Below are positions 29,593 to 39,446 of a stretch of DNA of 64,000 bases, piece by piece (positions within the stretch are counted from its first letter, which is position 1; every line of letters begins with the position of its first letter). The position numbers and the translations under genes were made by a program. The stretch is from Planctomycetota bacterium (GTDB taxonomy: Bacteria; Planctomycetota; UBA1135; UBA2386): NCBI GenBank assembly GCA_947501605.1, contig CANMWZ010000009.1:32001-96000 (forward strand), written 5' to 3'. The notes under the pieces were generated by a model. It searched no databases. It saw only the letters and a list, made by a program, of their open reading frames with translations, and was not told the origin of the DNA.

Positions 29593-31179
29593 ATGAGGTT
29601 GCCGAAGTCGTTGATTGCGCAATTCTGCGCGGCCGGGTCTCTACTGGGGCAACAGCTGCTCTGGGAGGTCCCGGCAGCCGCCTACTCGGGCTACAATGCC
29701 TGCTCCGCGTTCGGAGATTACAACCTCGATGGCTACAGGGATCTGCTTGCCTATCGGAGTGCCGGCCGGAGCCCGTTGACACAAATCAGCGTCTGCATCC
29801 TATCGGGGCGCGACGGCACCTTGCTTCATCAGCACATTCTCTTCTGGGGGATCGACAACCCTCAATGGGCAGGCGACTTCGACGGCGACGGCTACGACGA
29901 GTACACATGGTCGTCCAGCTTCGTGATTCACATCTACTCGCCTCGGCGGGGGATCGAACTCTTCAATCTTCTCCCGCCCGGACCCGGTGATTTTGGATTC
30001 GCCAAGGAGCCCCGCATCGACCTCGATGGAGACGGACTGAGTGACCTCCTGGCTGCGACGGCGCGCTCCTTCGATTCCAGCTTGTATGCCTATGACCACG
30101 TCGGTGCGCTCCGCTATGTCATCCCGGCATCGGTCCACGGTTGGGTGATCCAGAGCATCGCCAATGTCGGTGACCGAGACGGGGACGGTGGCGAGGACTT
30201 CCTGGTCGGGGCCGTGGGCGGGGCGCTTGCCGAAGGCGGCGCCTTCCTGTACTCGGGTCGAACTGGCACCCTGCTGCGCTTCCACCCAGGACTGCAGGCC
30301 TACGACCTGCTGGGTGACGCTGTGGCTCTTGCGGGTGACCTCGATCTGGACGGCGTCTCGGATTACCTCGCGAGCAGTGCTGCGAGCTTTTTCTCTTTGC
30401 GTCAGGTGACGGTCGCCTGGTCCGGGGCCGATGGCTCCGTCATTCGCGTTTGGCAGGACCCGAACTTCCAGCTCGGTTCGCCGGTCAGCGCCAAGTTCGA
30501 CGCCGATCTCGATGGCATTCCCGACGTGCTGTTCGCCTGCCCAGGCTGCCAACCCGAACAGTATGTCTGGGGTGTGGTGCAGGTGATCTCGTCGCGGGAC
30601 GGGTCGATTCTGCACCACGCGCAGCAGAGCCGATTCCCGTTCCAAGGCAACTACGGCTGGTTTGTTGCAGAACTCGGAGTTCAACCTGGGAGCCCTCATC
30701 CAGTGCATGCACTTACGTTCATGGATGGTGGCCAAGGAGCTGGCACGATCCAAGCCTGGCGCAGCGAACCGCGCCGCTCCAACCTCTCGGGCGCCGCCTG
30801 CACGAACCTAGGCACCGCGATGATCCCCGGCTTCCGGGCCACACCGACCGGCTCCCGACTCCAGATCGCGAACGCACCGCCGGGCGCACTCGCGTGGTGC
30901 ATCCTCGGCGACGGCGTCGCCACCACGACGGGTGGCCTGCCTCTGCCCGTCGGCCTTGACGCCCTTGGCTTCCCCGGCTGTTCGCTGCTCGTGCCGATGG
31001 ACTTCGTCAGCGCGAAGCCGACCGGCGTGTCTGGCATCGACCGCGGCTATGCCGCCTTCGATCTGCCGGTGCTGCCCGCTACGACCGGCGGCCGTCGCTT
31101 CGCCGTGCAGTGGCTCGTGCTGGATCCGGCGACCGGCCTTGAGGTCTGGACCGCGCGGCGCGACTTCTGGCTGCGGTGA
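29593..31179 (+). CDS. Secreted FG-GAP (integrin alpha-like) repeat protein plus the shared C-terminal module
   Basis: GDYNLDGYRD, GDFDGDGYDE, DLDGDGLSD, GDRDGDGGED, GDLDLDGVSD, DADLDGIPD. Confidence 0.85.
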   Translation: MRLPKSLIAQFCAAGSLLGQQLLWEVPAAAYSGYNACSAFGDYNLDGYRDLLAYRSAGRSPLTQISVCILSGRDGTLLHQHILFWGIDNPQWAGDFDGDGYDEYTWSSSFVIHIYSPRRGIELFNLLPPGPGDFGFAKEPRIDLDGDGLSDLLAATARSFDSSLYAYDHVGALRYVIPASVHGWVIQSIANVGDRDGDGGEDFLVGAVGGALAEGGAFLYSGRTGTLLRFHPGLQAYDLLGDAVALAGDLDLDGVSDYLASSAASFFSLRQVTVAWSGADGSVIRVWQDPNFQLGSPVSAKFDADLDGIPDVLFACPGCQPEQYVWGVVQVISSRDGSILHHAQQSRFPFQGNYGWFVAELGVQPGSPHPVHALTFMDGGQGAGTIQAWRSEPRRSNLSGAACTNLGTAMIPGFRATPTGSRLQIANAPPGALAWCILGDGVATTTGGLPLPVGLDALGFPGCSLLVPMDFVSAKPTGVSGIDRGYAAFDLPVLPATTGGRRFAVQWLVLDPATGLEVWTARRDFWLR

Positions 31180-31206
31180 CGGAGTGCGAATGCGGACCCG
31201 CGGCGC

Positions 31207-33591
31207 TCAGTTGCGCCGCAGGTTGAGCTTGCTGAGCGCCGCGGCGAGCGGGCTCACGACCTCGGGCTCGGGCTTGCGCGGAGTTGGTGCGGGCCGCGGG
31301 TCGCGGTTGCCGCGCGGATCGCGATTGCCGCCGCCGCTGTAGCCGCCGCTGCTGCGCGCGCCGGCAGACCCTGCGGCCGCGTGGCTGTCGCCGCGTCCAC
31401 CAGCCGGCCGTTCGTGCAGCTTCATCGTCAGCGCGATGCGTTGCCGTGGGATGTCGACCTCGAGCACCTTGACCGTGACGATCTGACCGGCCTTCACCAC
31501 CTCGCGCGGGTCCTCGACGAAGCGATCCGCCAGCTGGCTGATGTGGACCAATCCGTCCTGGTGCACGCCGATGTCGACGAAGGCGCCGAAGTTGGTCACG
31601 TTCGTCACCACGCCCTCGAGCTGCATGCCCGGAGTCAGGTCCTTCACTTCCTGCACGCCTTCCTGGAAGGTCGCGGTCTTGAACTCCGGACGCGGGTCGC
31701 GCCCCGGCTTCTCGAGCTCCTGCAGGATGTCGGTCACCGTCGGCACGCCGAAGCGTTCGTCGGCGAACTTCTTCGGGTCGAGCGACTTCAAGAAAGCGCG
31801 GTCGCCGATCAGGTCGCGGATCGCGCGGCCGCTCGCTTCGAGGATGCGTTCGACGAGCGGATAGGCCTCGGGGTGCACCGCGCTCTGATCGAGCGGGTTC
31901 TTGCCGCCTTGGATCCGCAGGAAGCCGGCGCACTGTTCGAAGGCCTTCGGCCCGAGGCGGGTCACCTTCAACAGGTCCTTGCGCGACTCGAAGGCGCCGT
32001 GCTCGTTGCGGTGCGCGACGATGTTCTTGGCGAGCGTGCTCGACAGACCGGCGACGCGGGCCAGCAGGTCTTCGCTCGCGGTGTTGAGGTCGACGCCGAC
32101 GCCGTTCACGCAGTCCTCGACGACGCCGTCGAGGGCACGCGCGAGGCGCGTTTGGTTGACGTCGTGTTGGTACTGACCGACGCCGATCGACTTCGGGTCG
32201 ATCTTGACCAGTTCGGCGAGCGGGTCCTGCAAGCGGCGAGCGATCGACACGGCGCCGCGCAGCGTCACGTCGAGCTCCGGGAACTCCTGCGCCGCGCGTT
32301 CGCTGGCCGAGTAGACCGACGCGCCGGCTTCGCTGACGACGAGCTTCTGCACCTTGCCGCCGGCGAGCTTCAACAGCTGCGTCACCAGCTTGTCGGTCTC
32401 GCGCGAGGCAGTGCCGTTGCCGATGGCGATCAGTTCGACGGCGTGCTTCTCGCACAGGACCGCGAGGATCTTCAGCGAACCGTCCCAGTCGTCGCGCGGC
32501 GGGTGCGGGTAGATCGTCGTCGTCGCCAGCAGCTTGCCCGTTCGATCGACGACCGCGACCTTGCAGCCGGTGCGGATGCCTGGGTCGAGGCCGAGGATGG
32601 CCTTCGGCCCTGCGGGTGCCGCCAGCAGCAGGTCGCGCATGTTGTTGGCGAACACCGCGATCGCCTCTTCCTCGGCGCGTTCGCGCACGGCGGTGAACAT
32701 CTCGCTCTCGAGGTGCAGCGCCAGCTTGACCGACCAGCAGAGGCGCGCCGTGTCCGCGAGCCACGCGTCGGCTTTGCGGTTCTGGTTCTGGATGCCGAAG
32801 CGACGCATGACCAGGAGCTGGCCTTGGCCGGTCGGATCCTCGGTCGCCGGGGCGTGTTGGTCGCCGAGGCCGAGCCCGAGGTCCAAGAAGCCCTCCTTGC
32901 GCGCGCGGAACATCGCCAGCGCACGGTGACCCGGTACGCGGTCGAGCGGCTCGTCGTGCGTGAAGTAATCGCGGAAGCGCTGCGCCTCCGGATCTTGTTC
33001 CTTGTCCTTGCGCACGCGGCTCGTCAGGAACGAGTCGTTCTTGAGCCAATGTCGCGCTTCGCCGACGAGCTGCGCGTCTTCGGCGAAGTTCTCCATCAGG
33101 ATGTAGCGCGCGCCGTCGAGGGCCGCTTGCGTGTCGGCGACACCGCGCTCGGTCGACACGAAGGTCGCTGCGAGCACTTTCGGATCGTGCGTCGGATCGG
33201 CGAGGAGCTGCTGCGCGAGCGGTTCGAGCCCGGCTTCGCGCGCGATCGTCGCCTTGGTGCGCCGCTTCTGCTTGTAGGGCAGGTAGAGGTCTTCGAGCTG
33301 CTGCTTGGTCTCGGCGCCATTCACCGAGCGCTTCAGCGCCTCTGTCATCTTGCCTTGTTCCTCGATGCTCGCGAGGATCGCGGTGCGGCGCTCTTCGAGC
33401 TCGCGCAGGTAGATCAAGCGTTCGGCGAGCGTGCGCAGTTGCGTGTCGTCGAGGCCGCCGGTCGCTTCCTTGCGGTAGCGGGCGATGAACGGAACGGTCG
33501 AACCCTCGTCGAGCAAGGCAACGGCGGCGGCAACCTGCTGCGGCCGGGCGCTGAGTTCTTGGGCGATGCGATCGGAGATGGACGGAAGCAA
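31207..33591 (-). CDS. tex: Tex/YhgF transcription accessory protein
   Basis: [59 protein letters not shown]-terminal S1 domain; GGAGG upstream of TTG. Confidence 0.96.
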   Translation of the reverse strand: MLPSISDRIAQELSARPQQVAAAVALLDEGSTVPFIARYRKEATGGLDDTQLRTLAERLIYLRELEERRTAILASIEEQGKMTEALKRSVNGAETKQQLEDLYLPYKQKRRTKATIAREAGLEPLAQQLLADPTHDPKVLAATFVSTERGVADTQAALDGARYILMENFAEDAQLVGEARHWLKNDSFLTSRVRKDKEQDPEAQRFRDYFTHDEPLDRVPGHRALAMFRARKEGFLDLGLGLGDQHAPATEDPTGQGQLLVMRRFGIQNQNRKADAWLADTARLCWSVKLALHLESEMFTAVRERAEEEAIAVFANNMRDLLLAAPAGPKAILGLDPGIRTGCKVAVVDRTGKLLATTTIYPHPPRDDWDGSLKILAVLCEKHAVELIAIGNGTASRETDKLVTQLLKLAGGKVQKLVVSEAGASVYSASERAAQEFPELDVTLRGAVSIARRLQDPLAELVKIDPKSIGVGQYQHDVNQTRLARALDGVVEDCVNGVGVDLNTASEDLLARVAGLSSTLAKNIVAHRNEHGAFESRKDLLKVTRLGPKAFEQCAGFLRIQGGKNPLDQSAVHPEAYPLVERILEASGRAIRDLIGDRAFLKSLDPKKFADERFGVPTVTDILQELEKPGRDPRPEFKTATFQEGVQEVKDLTPGMQLEGVVTNVTNFGAFVDIGVHQDGLVHISQLADRFVEDPREVVKAGQIVTVKVLEVDIPRQRIALTMKLHERPAGGRGDSHAAAGSAGARSSGGYSGGGNRDPRGNRDPRPAPTPRKPEPEVVSPLAAALSKLNLRRN

Positions 33592-33729
33592 AGCGGACCT
33601 CCCTGGTGATTCCGCGCCGTCTGACCACGGTGCGGGAGAGTCTTGCTTACGGACCGCAGCGCGCCGGTCAAGGGCACGTGCACGAAGTCCGAGAACGAGA
33701 CCGCGCGCCGGTGCTCGCCAAGCGGTCGG

Positions 33730-34395
33730 CTAGCGCGCCAACGCGCCGGCTTTTAGTTGGTCGAACGACGTGCTGGCATCGGCCTTGGTCCAGAACCCGA
33801 TGCGGCCGGCGGTCGCGAAGGTGTCGTCGTCGATCGTGAATAGCGATTGGCCGTCGAACATCACGGTCATGTGCGGACCGCGCGCCGCGATCTCGAGTGT
33901 GTGCCACGCATCGGTCGGCACGCTGACCTTGGCAGTGTCGAGTTGCGCGCGCACCCCGTCCTGCACGCGGTAGATGCGGACGTTGTCCTCGAGTGGGTTC
34001 CACCGTGCGATGTAGTAGTTTTGTTCGTCGCGAGCGCGCCACACGAGGCCGCCGCCCTGGTCCTCTTTGCCGCCTTCGGCGCGAACCTTGACCCCGAGTC
34101 GCACGTCCGTGTCGAACATCGGAATCTCGGTGAGCAGCAGGTGGAACTGCTCGCCTGTGGACTTCGGCGCATCGATGTGAACGTGGCGCGCAGAGCCGTC
34201 GGCGCCGCCTTCCTTCACGTGCCAATGGGCACGCGGGCCGGCGATGGACTCGAGCGACTCCATGAGCTGCGGCAAGGTCAGTGGGGCTTCGTCGTCGAAG
34301 TCGCGGTCGAAGGTCACAAGGCTGCCCGCGCGCTCGGGCGAGGAGTTGCAGGCAGCGAACAGGTACGCAGTGGCAGCGAGGATCGCGTTGCGCAT
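33730..34395 (-). CDS. Lipoprotein with a DUF1080 (ConA-like) domain
   Basis: Lipobox FAAC; DQGGGLVWR, NYYIARWNPLEDN, WHTL, GRIGFWTKAD. Confidence 0.8.
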   Translation of the reverse strand: MRNAILAATAYLFAACNSSPERAGSLVTFDRDFDDEAPLTLPQLMESLESIAGPRAHWHVKEGGADGSARHVHIDAPKSTGEQFHLLLTEIPMFDTDVRLGVKVRAEGGKEDQGGGLVWRARDEQNYYIARWNPLEDNVRIYRVQDGVRAQLDTAKVSVPTDAWHTLEIAARGPHMTVMFDGQSLFTIDDDTFATAGRIGFWTKADASTSFDQLKAGALAR

Positions 34396-34576
34396 GGGCC
34401 AGAGAGATACGGCGTGCCCGACAAGGACGCCACCGTGAGGCGCACGGACGAAGTTGCGTTGTCGTTGTCAGGACTGCATTGCGACGGTGGCTCGATACCC
34501 AACGGAACGGGGGGCATGTGCGAAGGAGTCCGGCCACAAGTGCAGTGCCTGCTGCGTTCGTTCCATTCGTTCGTCG

Positions 34577-34591
34577 CGGCACGTGGCTTGC
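34577..34591 (+). promoter_or_regulatory. sigma54 (-24/-12) promoter
   Basis: CGGCACG-TGGC-TTGC, ending 57 nt upstream of the GTG at 34648. Confidence 0.7.
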
Positions 34592-34647
34592 CGAGTGCTT
34601 GGCCGAAGCGGCGACTTCGCCGCTTTGGTCCGAACCGGAGAACCCAC

Positions 34648-35166
34648 GTGCTCGCCGAGATCCCCCTGCATCCGAAGCTCGTCCACCTTCCCCTGGCCCT
34701 TGCGGCACTGATGCCGCTGCTGTCGTTCGGCGTGCTGCTTGCGTGGTGGCGCGGGTGGATGCAGAAGCGCACTTGGTCGATCGTGCTATCGGTGCAAGCG
34801 GTGCTCGTCCTCGGCTCCGTCCTGGCAATGCGCTCGGGGGGAGATGACGAAGAGCGCGTCGAGGCAATCGTGCCCGAGGCTGCGATCGAGCAGCACGAAG
34901 AAGCGGGCGAGGTGTTCCAGTGGGGCGCCATCGGTCTGCTCGTCGTCGGCGTCGTGCCGTTGTTGCTGCGCGACCAACGCCGCGCGCAGATCGCGGCGCT
35001 CGTGACCGCAGTGGGCTCGCTGGCCGTGCTCGGTCTCGCGATCAAGACCGGCGAGAAGGGCGGCGAACTGGTCTACCGTCATGGCGCTGCGGCAGCGTTC
35101 GCCACCGGTGGTCCTGGTGCGACGAACGGGCCCGCGCCGGTGAAGGGCGACGACGGCGATCACTGA
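34648..35166 (+). CDS. DUF2231-like membrane protein
   Basis: LHPKLVHLPLA, HEEAG, TGEKGGELVYRHG; GGAG RBS. Confidence 0.8.
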   Translation: MLAEIPLHPKLVHLPLALAALMPLLSFGVLLAWWRGWMQKRTWSIVLSVQAVLVLGSVLAMRSGGDDEERVEAIVPEAAIEQHEEAGEVFQWGAIGLLVVGVVPLLLRDQRRAQIAALVTAVGSLAVLGLAIKTGEKGGELVYRHGAAAAFATGGPGATNGPAPVKGDDGDH

Positions 35167-35395
35167 CATCACGACCAGCATCCACACCATGACCGTCATG
35201 GTGTCGCGGATGAGCGCGCTGAACAGCGTGACTACCAGCAACACGGTGAGCTGGAAGCGGAGTTCGCTGCCAGCGCCGCCACGCGGGCACGCGTGCGGGA
35301 ATGCAGGCACTTGCCTCGCTCTGCGTTCTCGAGGTCGGCGAGGTGTGTAGGTTGCCACTGGCGCCGCGCCCGTTCGCACCGAGAATCGTCGCCCC

Positions 35396-36574
35396 TTGGA
35401 TTCCGCCGATCGCACCCCTCGCGACCTCTGCTACCGCTGCATGCGCCCGAAGGCGATGTGCCTCTGCGGGCTTGTGCAACAAGTGCACACGCGCACCAAG
35501 CTCGTCGTGCTCCAGCATCCGCGCGAGCGCCGTCACCCATTCGGCACCGCGCGGCTCCTGCGCCTTGCCATGCCCGACGCGCGCATCGAGACCGTCTACG
35601 GTGGCTTCGACGAAGTGCTGCACCTCGAGGTCGAGGTCGCGAGCGATGCCGCGGTGCTCTACCCGCACGAGGCGGCGGTGGATCTCGCCGACCTGCCGGC
35701 GAGCGAACTGCCGTCGACGCTGGTGTTGCTCGATGGCACATGGGCGCACGCCAAGAAGCTCTACAAGGACAACGCGTGGGTGCAGCGTCTGCGCCACGTG
35801 CGCATCAACCCGCCGCGGCCGAGCAACTACCGCATTCGCAAGGAGCCGCAGGAGGACTTCGTGTCGACCGTCGAGGCGCTGGTCTACGCGCTGTCGATCC
35901 TCGAGCCGGAGAACACCTCGGTGCCGACGCTGCTCACGGCCTTCGATCGGATGATCGATCGTCAGATCGAGGTGCTCGACGTGGTCGAACGCCACGGCCG
36001 GAAGAAGCGCGAACGCCACAAGGCCTCGCGGCGGCTGTCGCCGGTGCTCAGCGATCCGCGCCTCGTGGTCTGCTACGCGGAATCCGCGCTCGATGGCGGG
36101 GATCCGAAGGCCCCGCGCAACCTGGTGCAGTGGTCGGCGGTGCGCCTCATCGACGATGCGGTGTTCGACGCGTTGATCCGGCCTGCGGGGGACTGGCCGT
36201 CGCCGAGCCGCCTCGCGCACATGGGCATCACCACTGCAGATCTCGAGGCCGCCGCGCCGATCGAGGATGTTCGCGAACGCTTCCTCGCCTTCGCCGGTGC
36301 AACGTCGCCGGTCTGCGCCTGGACGCGGACGACCCTCGACTGGGGCAATGGGATGCTGGCACCGGACCATCCGCGCTGCGTGCTCAAGATCGACTACAGC
36401 AACCTGCGCAATCAGCGCGCGAGCTTCTGCGAGTCGATGATGGAACGCGAAGGGTTGCAGCAGCGCGAAGTGGCAGCGCGCGGTCGCGCCGGCCGCCGGC
36501 TCGGCAACGCGGTGGTCGTCGCCAAGTGGCTCGCGGACCAACGGCGGTTGCAGGGGAGTCAAGAAGGGGCGTGA
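35396..36574 (+). CDS. DTW-domain tRNA-uridine aminocarboxypropyltransferase (TapT-like) fused to an exonuclease-like domain
   Basis: CYRC...CLC, QHPRE, LLDGTW, STVEA; C-terminal FDALIRP...HMGIT resembles the DnaQ fold. Confidence 0.8.
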   Translation: MDSADRTPRDLCYRCMRPKAMCLCGLVQQVHTRTKLVVLQHPRERRHPFGTARLLRLAMPDARIETVYGGFDEVLHLEVEVASDAAVLYPHEAAVDLADLPASELPSTLVLLDGTWAHAKKLYKDNAWVQRLRHVRINPPRPSNYRIRKEPQEDFVSTVEALVYALSILEPENTSVPTLLTAFDRMIDRQIEVLDVVERHGRKKRERHKASRRLSPVLSDPRLVVCYAESALDGGDPKAPRNLVQWSAVRLIDDAVFDALIRPAGDWPSPSRLAHMGITTADLEAAAPIEDVRERFLAFAGATSPVCAWTRTTLDWGNGMLAPDHPRCVLKIDYSNLRNQRASFCESMMEREGLQQREVAARGRAGRRLGNAVVVAKWLADQRRLQGSQEGA

Positions 36575-36615
36575 CGCAGGGATTCCGCGTCGCGACAGTC
36601 GCACACCCGCACGCC

Positions 36616-37569
36616 ATGCATCCACTCAGTCCTGTGCATACTTCTTGCGCGCTACTCGCGCTCGTCGGTTCCTTGTTGACGGCCCAATCCGGACCGCCGG
36701 ACCAACACGCGGACGCGGACGGGAAACGCAGCTTGTTCAAGGCGGTGGAGGCGGCGCTCGCGGACAAGCCGCGAACTGGCTGCTTCACGACGCCGCACTG
36801 CGTCGTGATCTATCGAGCCGAAACGGACCACGGACCGGATGTCGACGCGGCGAAAGCTCGGGCCGCGGAGCACGCGACGTCGCGTCTCGAACCCATGTTC
36901 GAGGTGTGCGAAGAGTGGTTGCCGCCACACGAGAAGTGTGGGCAGCGATTCGCGATCTGCGACCCGGACGCCGTGCTGGCAGCCCATTGGAAACTCCCGG
37001 AGAGGCCATCGGGGGCAATGAGCACGAACACTGTCGCCGAGGAGTTCCGGCGCGCGCAGGAGCACAGCTACGTCGGGCAGTTCGAAGAAACTTCGGTCTG
37101 GGCGGTCTACGAGAAGGCATGGTTTGGCGATGTCAAACCAGCCAACTGGTTCACGGATCTCGCGATCGCGCGTTTGCAGGTTGAGGTGCAAGCACGCGAA
37201 GAGGTGCGGAAAGGCAAGGACCGGCCTATCGCCCGGCGCCAGGACCTGCGCGACTGGGCGAAGCTCACGCGCAAGGACCTCGACGAGGTGCTTACCGGGA
37301 TCGGCGGCGAGGCTGGAGACCCCGGCATCCACGGTGGAGGGCCAACTCTCGATACCCACAAACTGGTGGCGACCTTCTTGGCGCATGGACAAGCCGACCT
37401 GAAGACCAAGTTCTCGGCCAGGTGGGCGAATCTGCTCGAAGCCTATGCCGACGCGTTGCGAGCGGGAAAGTCCGATGCAGAGGCCAGCGCGCTGGCGACC
37501 AGCGGCGTCGATCGCAACGACCTCGGCGAAGCGATCGTGAAGTGGTGCAAGGCACGCGCGAAGAAGTGA
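36616..37569 (+). CDS. Secreted hypothetical protein
   Basis: Signal peptide ending LTA-Q; plausible composition; no family recognised. Confidence 0.6.
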   Translation: MHPLSPVHTSCALLALVGSLLTAQSGPPDQHADADGKRSLFKAVEAALADKPRTGCFTTPHCVVIYRAETDHGPDVDAAKARAAEHATSRLEPMFEVCEEWLPPHEKCGQRFAICDPDAVLAAHWKLPERPSGAMSTNTVAEEFRRAQEHSYVGQFEETSVWAVYEKAWFGDVKPANWFTDLAIARLQVEVQAREEVRKGKDRPIARRQDLRDWAKLTRKDLDEVLTGIGGEAGDPGIHGGGPTLDTHKLVATFLAHGQADLKTKFSARWANLLEAYADALRAGKSDAEASALATSGVDRNDLGEAIVKWCKARAKK

Positions 37570-37665
37570 CCTGAAGCAGCCCTCCCCGCCGACCTTGCAC
37601 AGACCTCCGGTTGTGTCGCGCCCGCACAGGGCGCACGATGCCGCGCGCGCCAAACCGCGCACCCC

Positions 37666-38664
37666 ATGGCGAGCAACAGCTTCGGCGAGATCTTCCGCTT
37701 CACGACGTTCGGCGAGTCGCACGGCCCCGCACTCGGCGTCGTCATCGACGGCGTACCGGCGGGGATCCCGTTCGCCGTCTCGGACCTGCTGCCCGAACTC
37801 GCGCGGCGACGCCCGGGGCAGAGTGCGGCGACCTCGCAGCGCAAGGAGAGCGATGCGCCCGAGATCCTCGCCGGGGTCTTCGAAGGTCGCACGACCGGCA
37901 TGCCCGTGTGCGTCATGGTGCGCAACGAGGACGCGCGTTCGCAGGACTACGACGCGCTGCGAACGCAGATCCGTCCCGGCCACGCCGACGAGACCTGGGC
38001 GTCGAAGTACGGCCATCGCGACCACCGCGGCGGCGGGCGCAGCAGCGGCCGCGAGACCGTTGCGCGCGTGATCGCTGGCGTGCTGGCGCGGAAGCTGCTG
38101 CCGAGCGAAGTCACGATCACCGGCCATGCGCTGCAGATCGGCGAGATCCGGGCGCAGAGCTACGAGCCGCTGACCATCGAGCACAATCCGCTCCGCTGCG
38201 CCGACCCGGTCGCCGCGCGCGCGATGGTCGCGTTGGTCGAGGAGTTGCGTGGCCGCGGCGACTCGATCGGCGGCATCGTCGAAGTGCGGGTCGAGCGCGT
38301 GCCGAAGGACCTCGGCGAACCGGTCTACGGCAAGGTGAAGGCTCGGCTCGCCGACGCGTTCTTGAGCATCGGCGCCGTCACTGGGTTCGCGTTCGGCAAG
38401 GGCTTCGGCACCGCGACGATGCGCGGCAGTGACTACGTCGCCGACCGCGCCAATTACGGCGGCATCCTCGGCGGCATGACGACTGGCGAGCCACTGGTGT
38501 TGCACGCGGCGATCAAGCCATCGAGTTCGATCGGCGACGTCGCGCAGAAGGGCCGGCACGACCCGTGCATCGTGCCGCGCGTGATCCCGGTGCTGGCGGC
38601 AATGACGGCGTTGGTGCTCGCCGATCTCGTGCTGCTCGATCGCGCGACGCGAGGATCGAGGTGA
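37666..38664 (+). CDS. aroC: Chorismate synthase
   Basis: FGESHG, RPGHAD, GGGRSSGRET, GGILGG, GRHDPC. Confidence 0.97.
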   Translation: MASNSFGEIFRFTTFGESHGPALGVVIDGVPAGIPFAVSDLLPELARRRPGQSAATSQRKESDAPEILAGVFEGRTTGMPVCVMVRNEDARSQDYDALRTQIRPGHADETWASKYGHRDHRGGGRSSGRETVARVIAGVLARKLLPSEVTITGHALQIGEIRAQSYEPLTIEHNPLRCADPVAARAMVALVEELRGRGDSIGGIVEVRVERVPKDLGEPVYGKVKARLADAFLSIGAVTGFAFGKGFGTATMRGSDYVADRANYGGILGGMTTGEPLVLHAAIKPSSSIGDVAQKGRHDPCIVPRVIPVLAAMTALVLADLVLLDRATRGSR

Positions 38665-39446
38665 GAACGAGGAGCTCGCCGAGCGTCTTTGCGCGGTTCC
38701 AGGCGCTGGACGCCATTGGGTTCGTGGCCGGTCTTGGCCTCGCGATCGCCCTCGGTTGGAAGACGGCGGATCTCGTGTGGGGGCTGTGGTTGTCGAGTCT
38801 CGTGATCGGCTGGGCCGCGCTCCTCTTCGGTGTGTTCCGTCACAAGGGCGATGGAACGGACGACGCCACTTCTGTGTGGATGATGAAGTTGTTCGTCATC
38901 GCGTTCTTCACGGTCCACTTCTGCGGCTTCCACTTGGTGCACTCGCTGTTCCTCGCGGGCCTGTTCCCGATCCGGACTGCCGACGGGCAGTTGCTGCTCG
39001 AGTTGCCCTACGCGCATGTGTTCGCGAACTACTGGCCCTGGCTGATCCCGGCCGCGATCGCCGAGCGCCGGATGTTCTGCGTTCCGAAGCGGACGAGCAC
39101 AGCCGCTGCGGATGGCGAGACCGTTCCCGCGATCGAGGCCGCACTGGTCGACGAAGTGGCGCGCAAAGGCAAGAAGCCGCCGAAGCGGTCGCCATCAGGA
39201 TTCAACCCACCGCAGGCGTACACGAACGTCATCCGCATGCACCTGCTGATCTTCGCGCTGGTGCCGATGCAGTGCGCCGGCATCGCCGACTCGTGGTCCT
39301 ACGCGTTGGTGTATGCGGTGTACTTCTGGCCGCGGCGAACGGCCTCCGACGCGCTCAGCGCGGCTGCGGCTCTTGGTTCGACCGAGGCCTCTCGATTGGC
39401 CGGGGCGAGTTCGCCAAGGCCTTCGCGAACGCGGACATCTGGCTGA
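38661..39446 (+). CDS. Membrane protein, DUF6498-like
   Basis: DLVWGLWLSSL, FFTVHFCGFH, YTNVIRMH; GTGA overlap with aroC. Confidence 0.7.
   Translation: MRTRSSPSVFARFQALDAIGFVAGLGLAIALGWKTADLVWGLWLSSLVIGWAALLFGVFRHKGDGTDDATSVWMMKLFVIAFFTVHFCGFHLVHSLFLAGLFPIRTADGQLLLELPYAHVFANYWPWLIPAAIAERRMFCVPKRTSTAAADGETVPAIEAALVDEVARKGKKPPKRSPSGFNPPQAYTNVIRMHLLIFALVPMQCAGIADSWSYALVYAVYFWPRRTASDALSAAAALGSTEASRLAGASSPRPSRTRTSG

Noticed and set aside
29050..31677. tex repeat pair as a diversity-generating retroelement TR/VR
   Set aside because: Differences are not adenine-specific, are mostly third-position, and no reverse transcriptase gene is present.
31381..33609. Long antisense or alternate-frame ORFs (e.g. 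31381-33609, 45692-47968, 49051-51495, 52816-55680, upstream part of 60547-62949)
   Set aside because: These are shadow ORFs typical of high-GC coding DNA, overlapping well-supported genes and rich in Arg/Ala or His/Asp.
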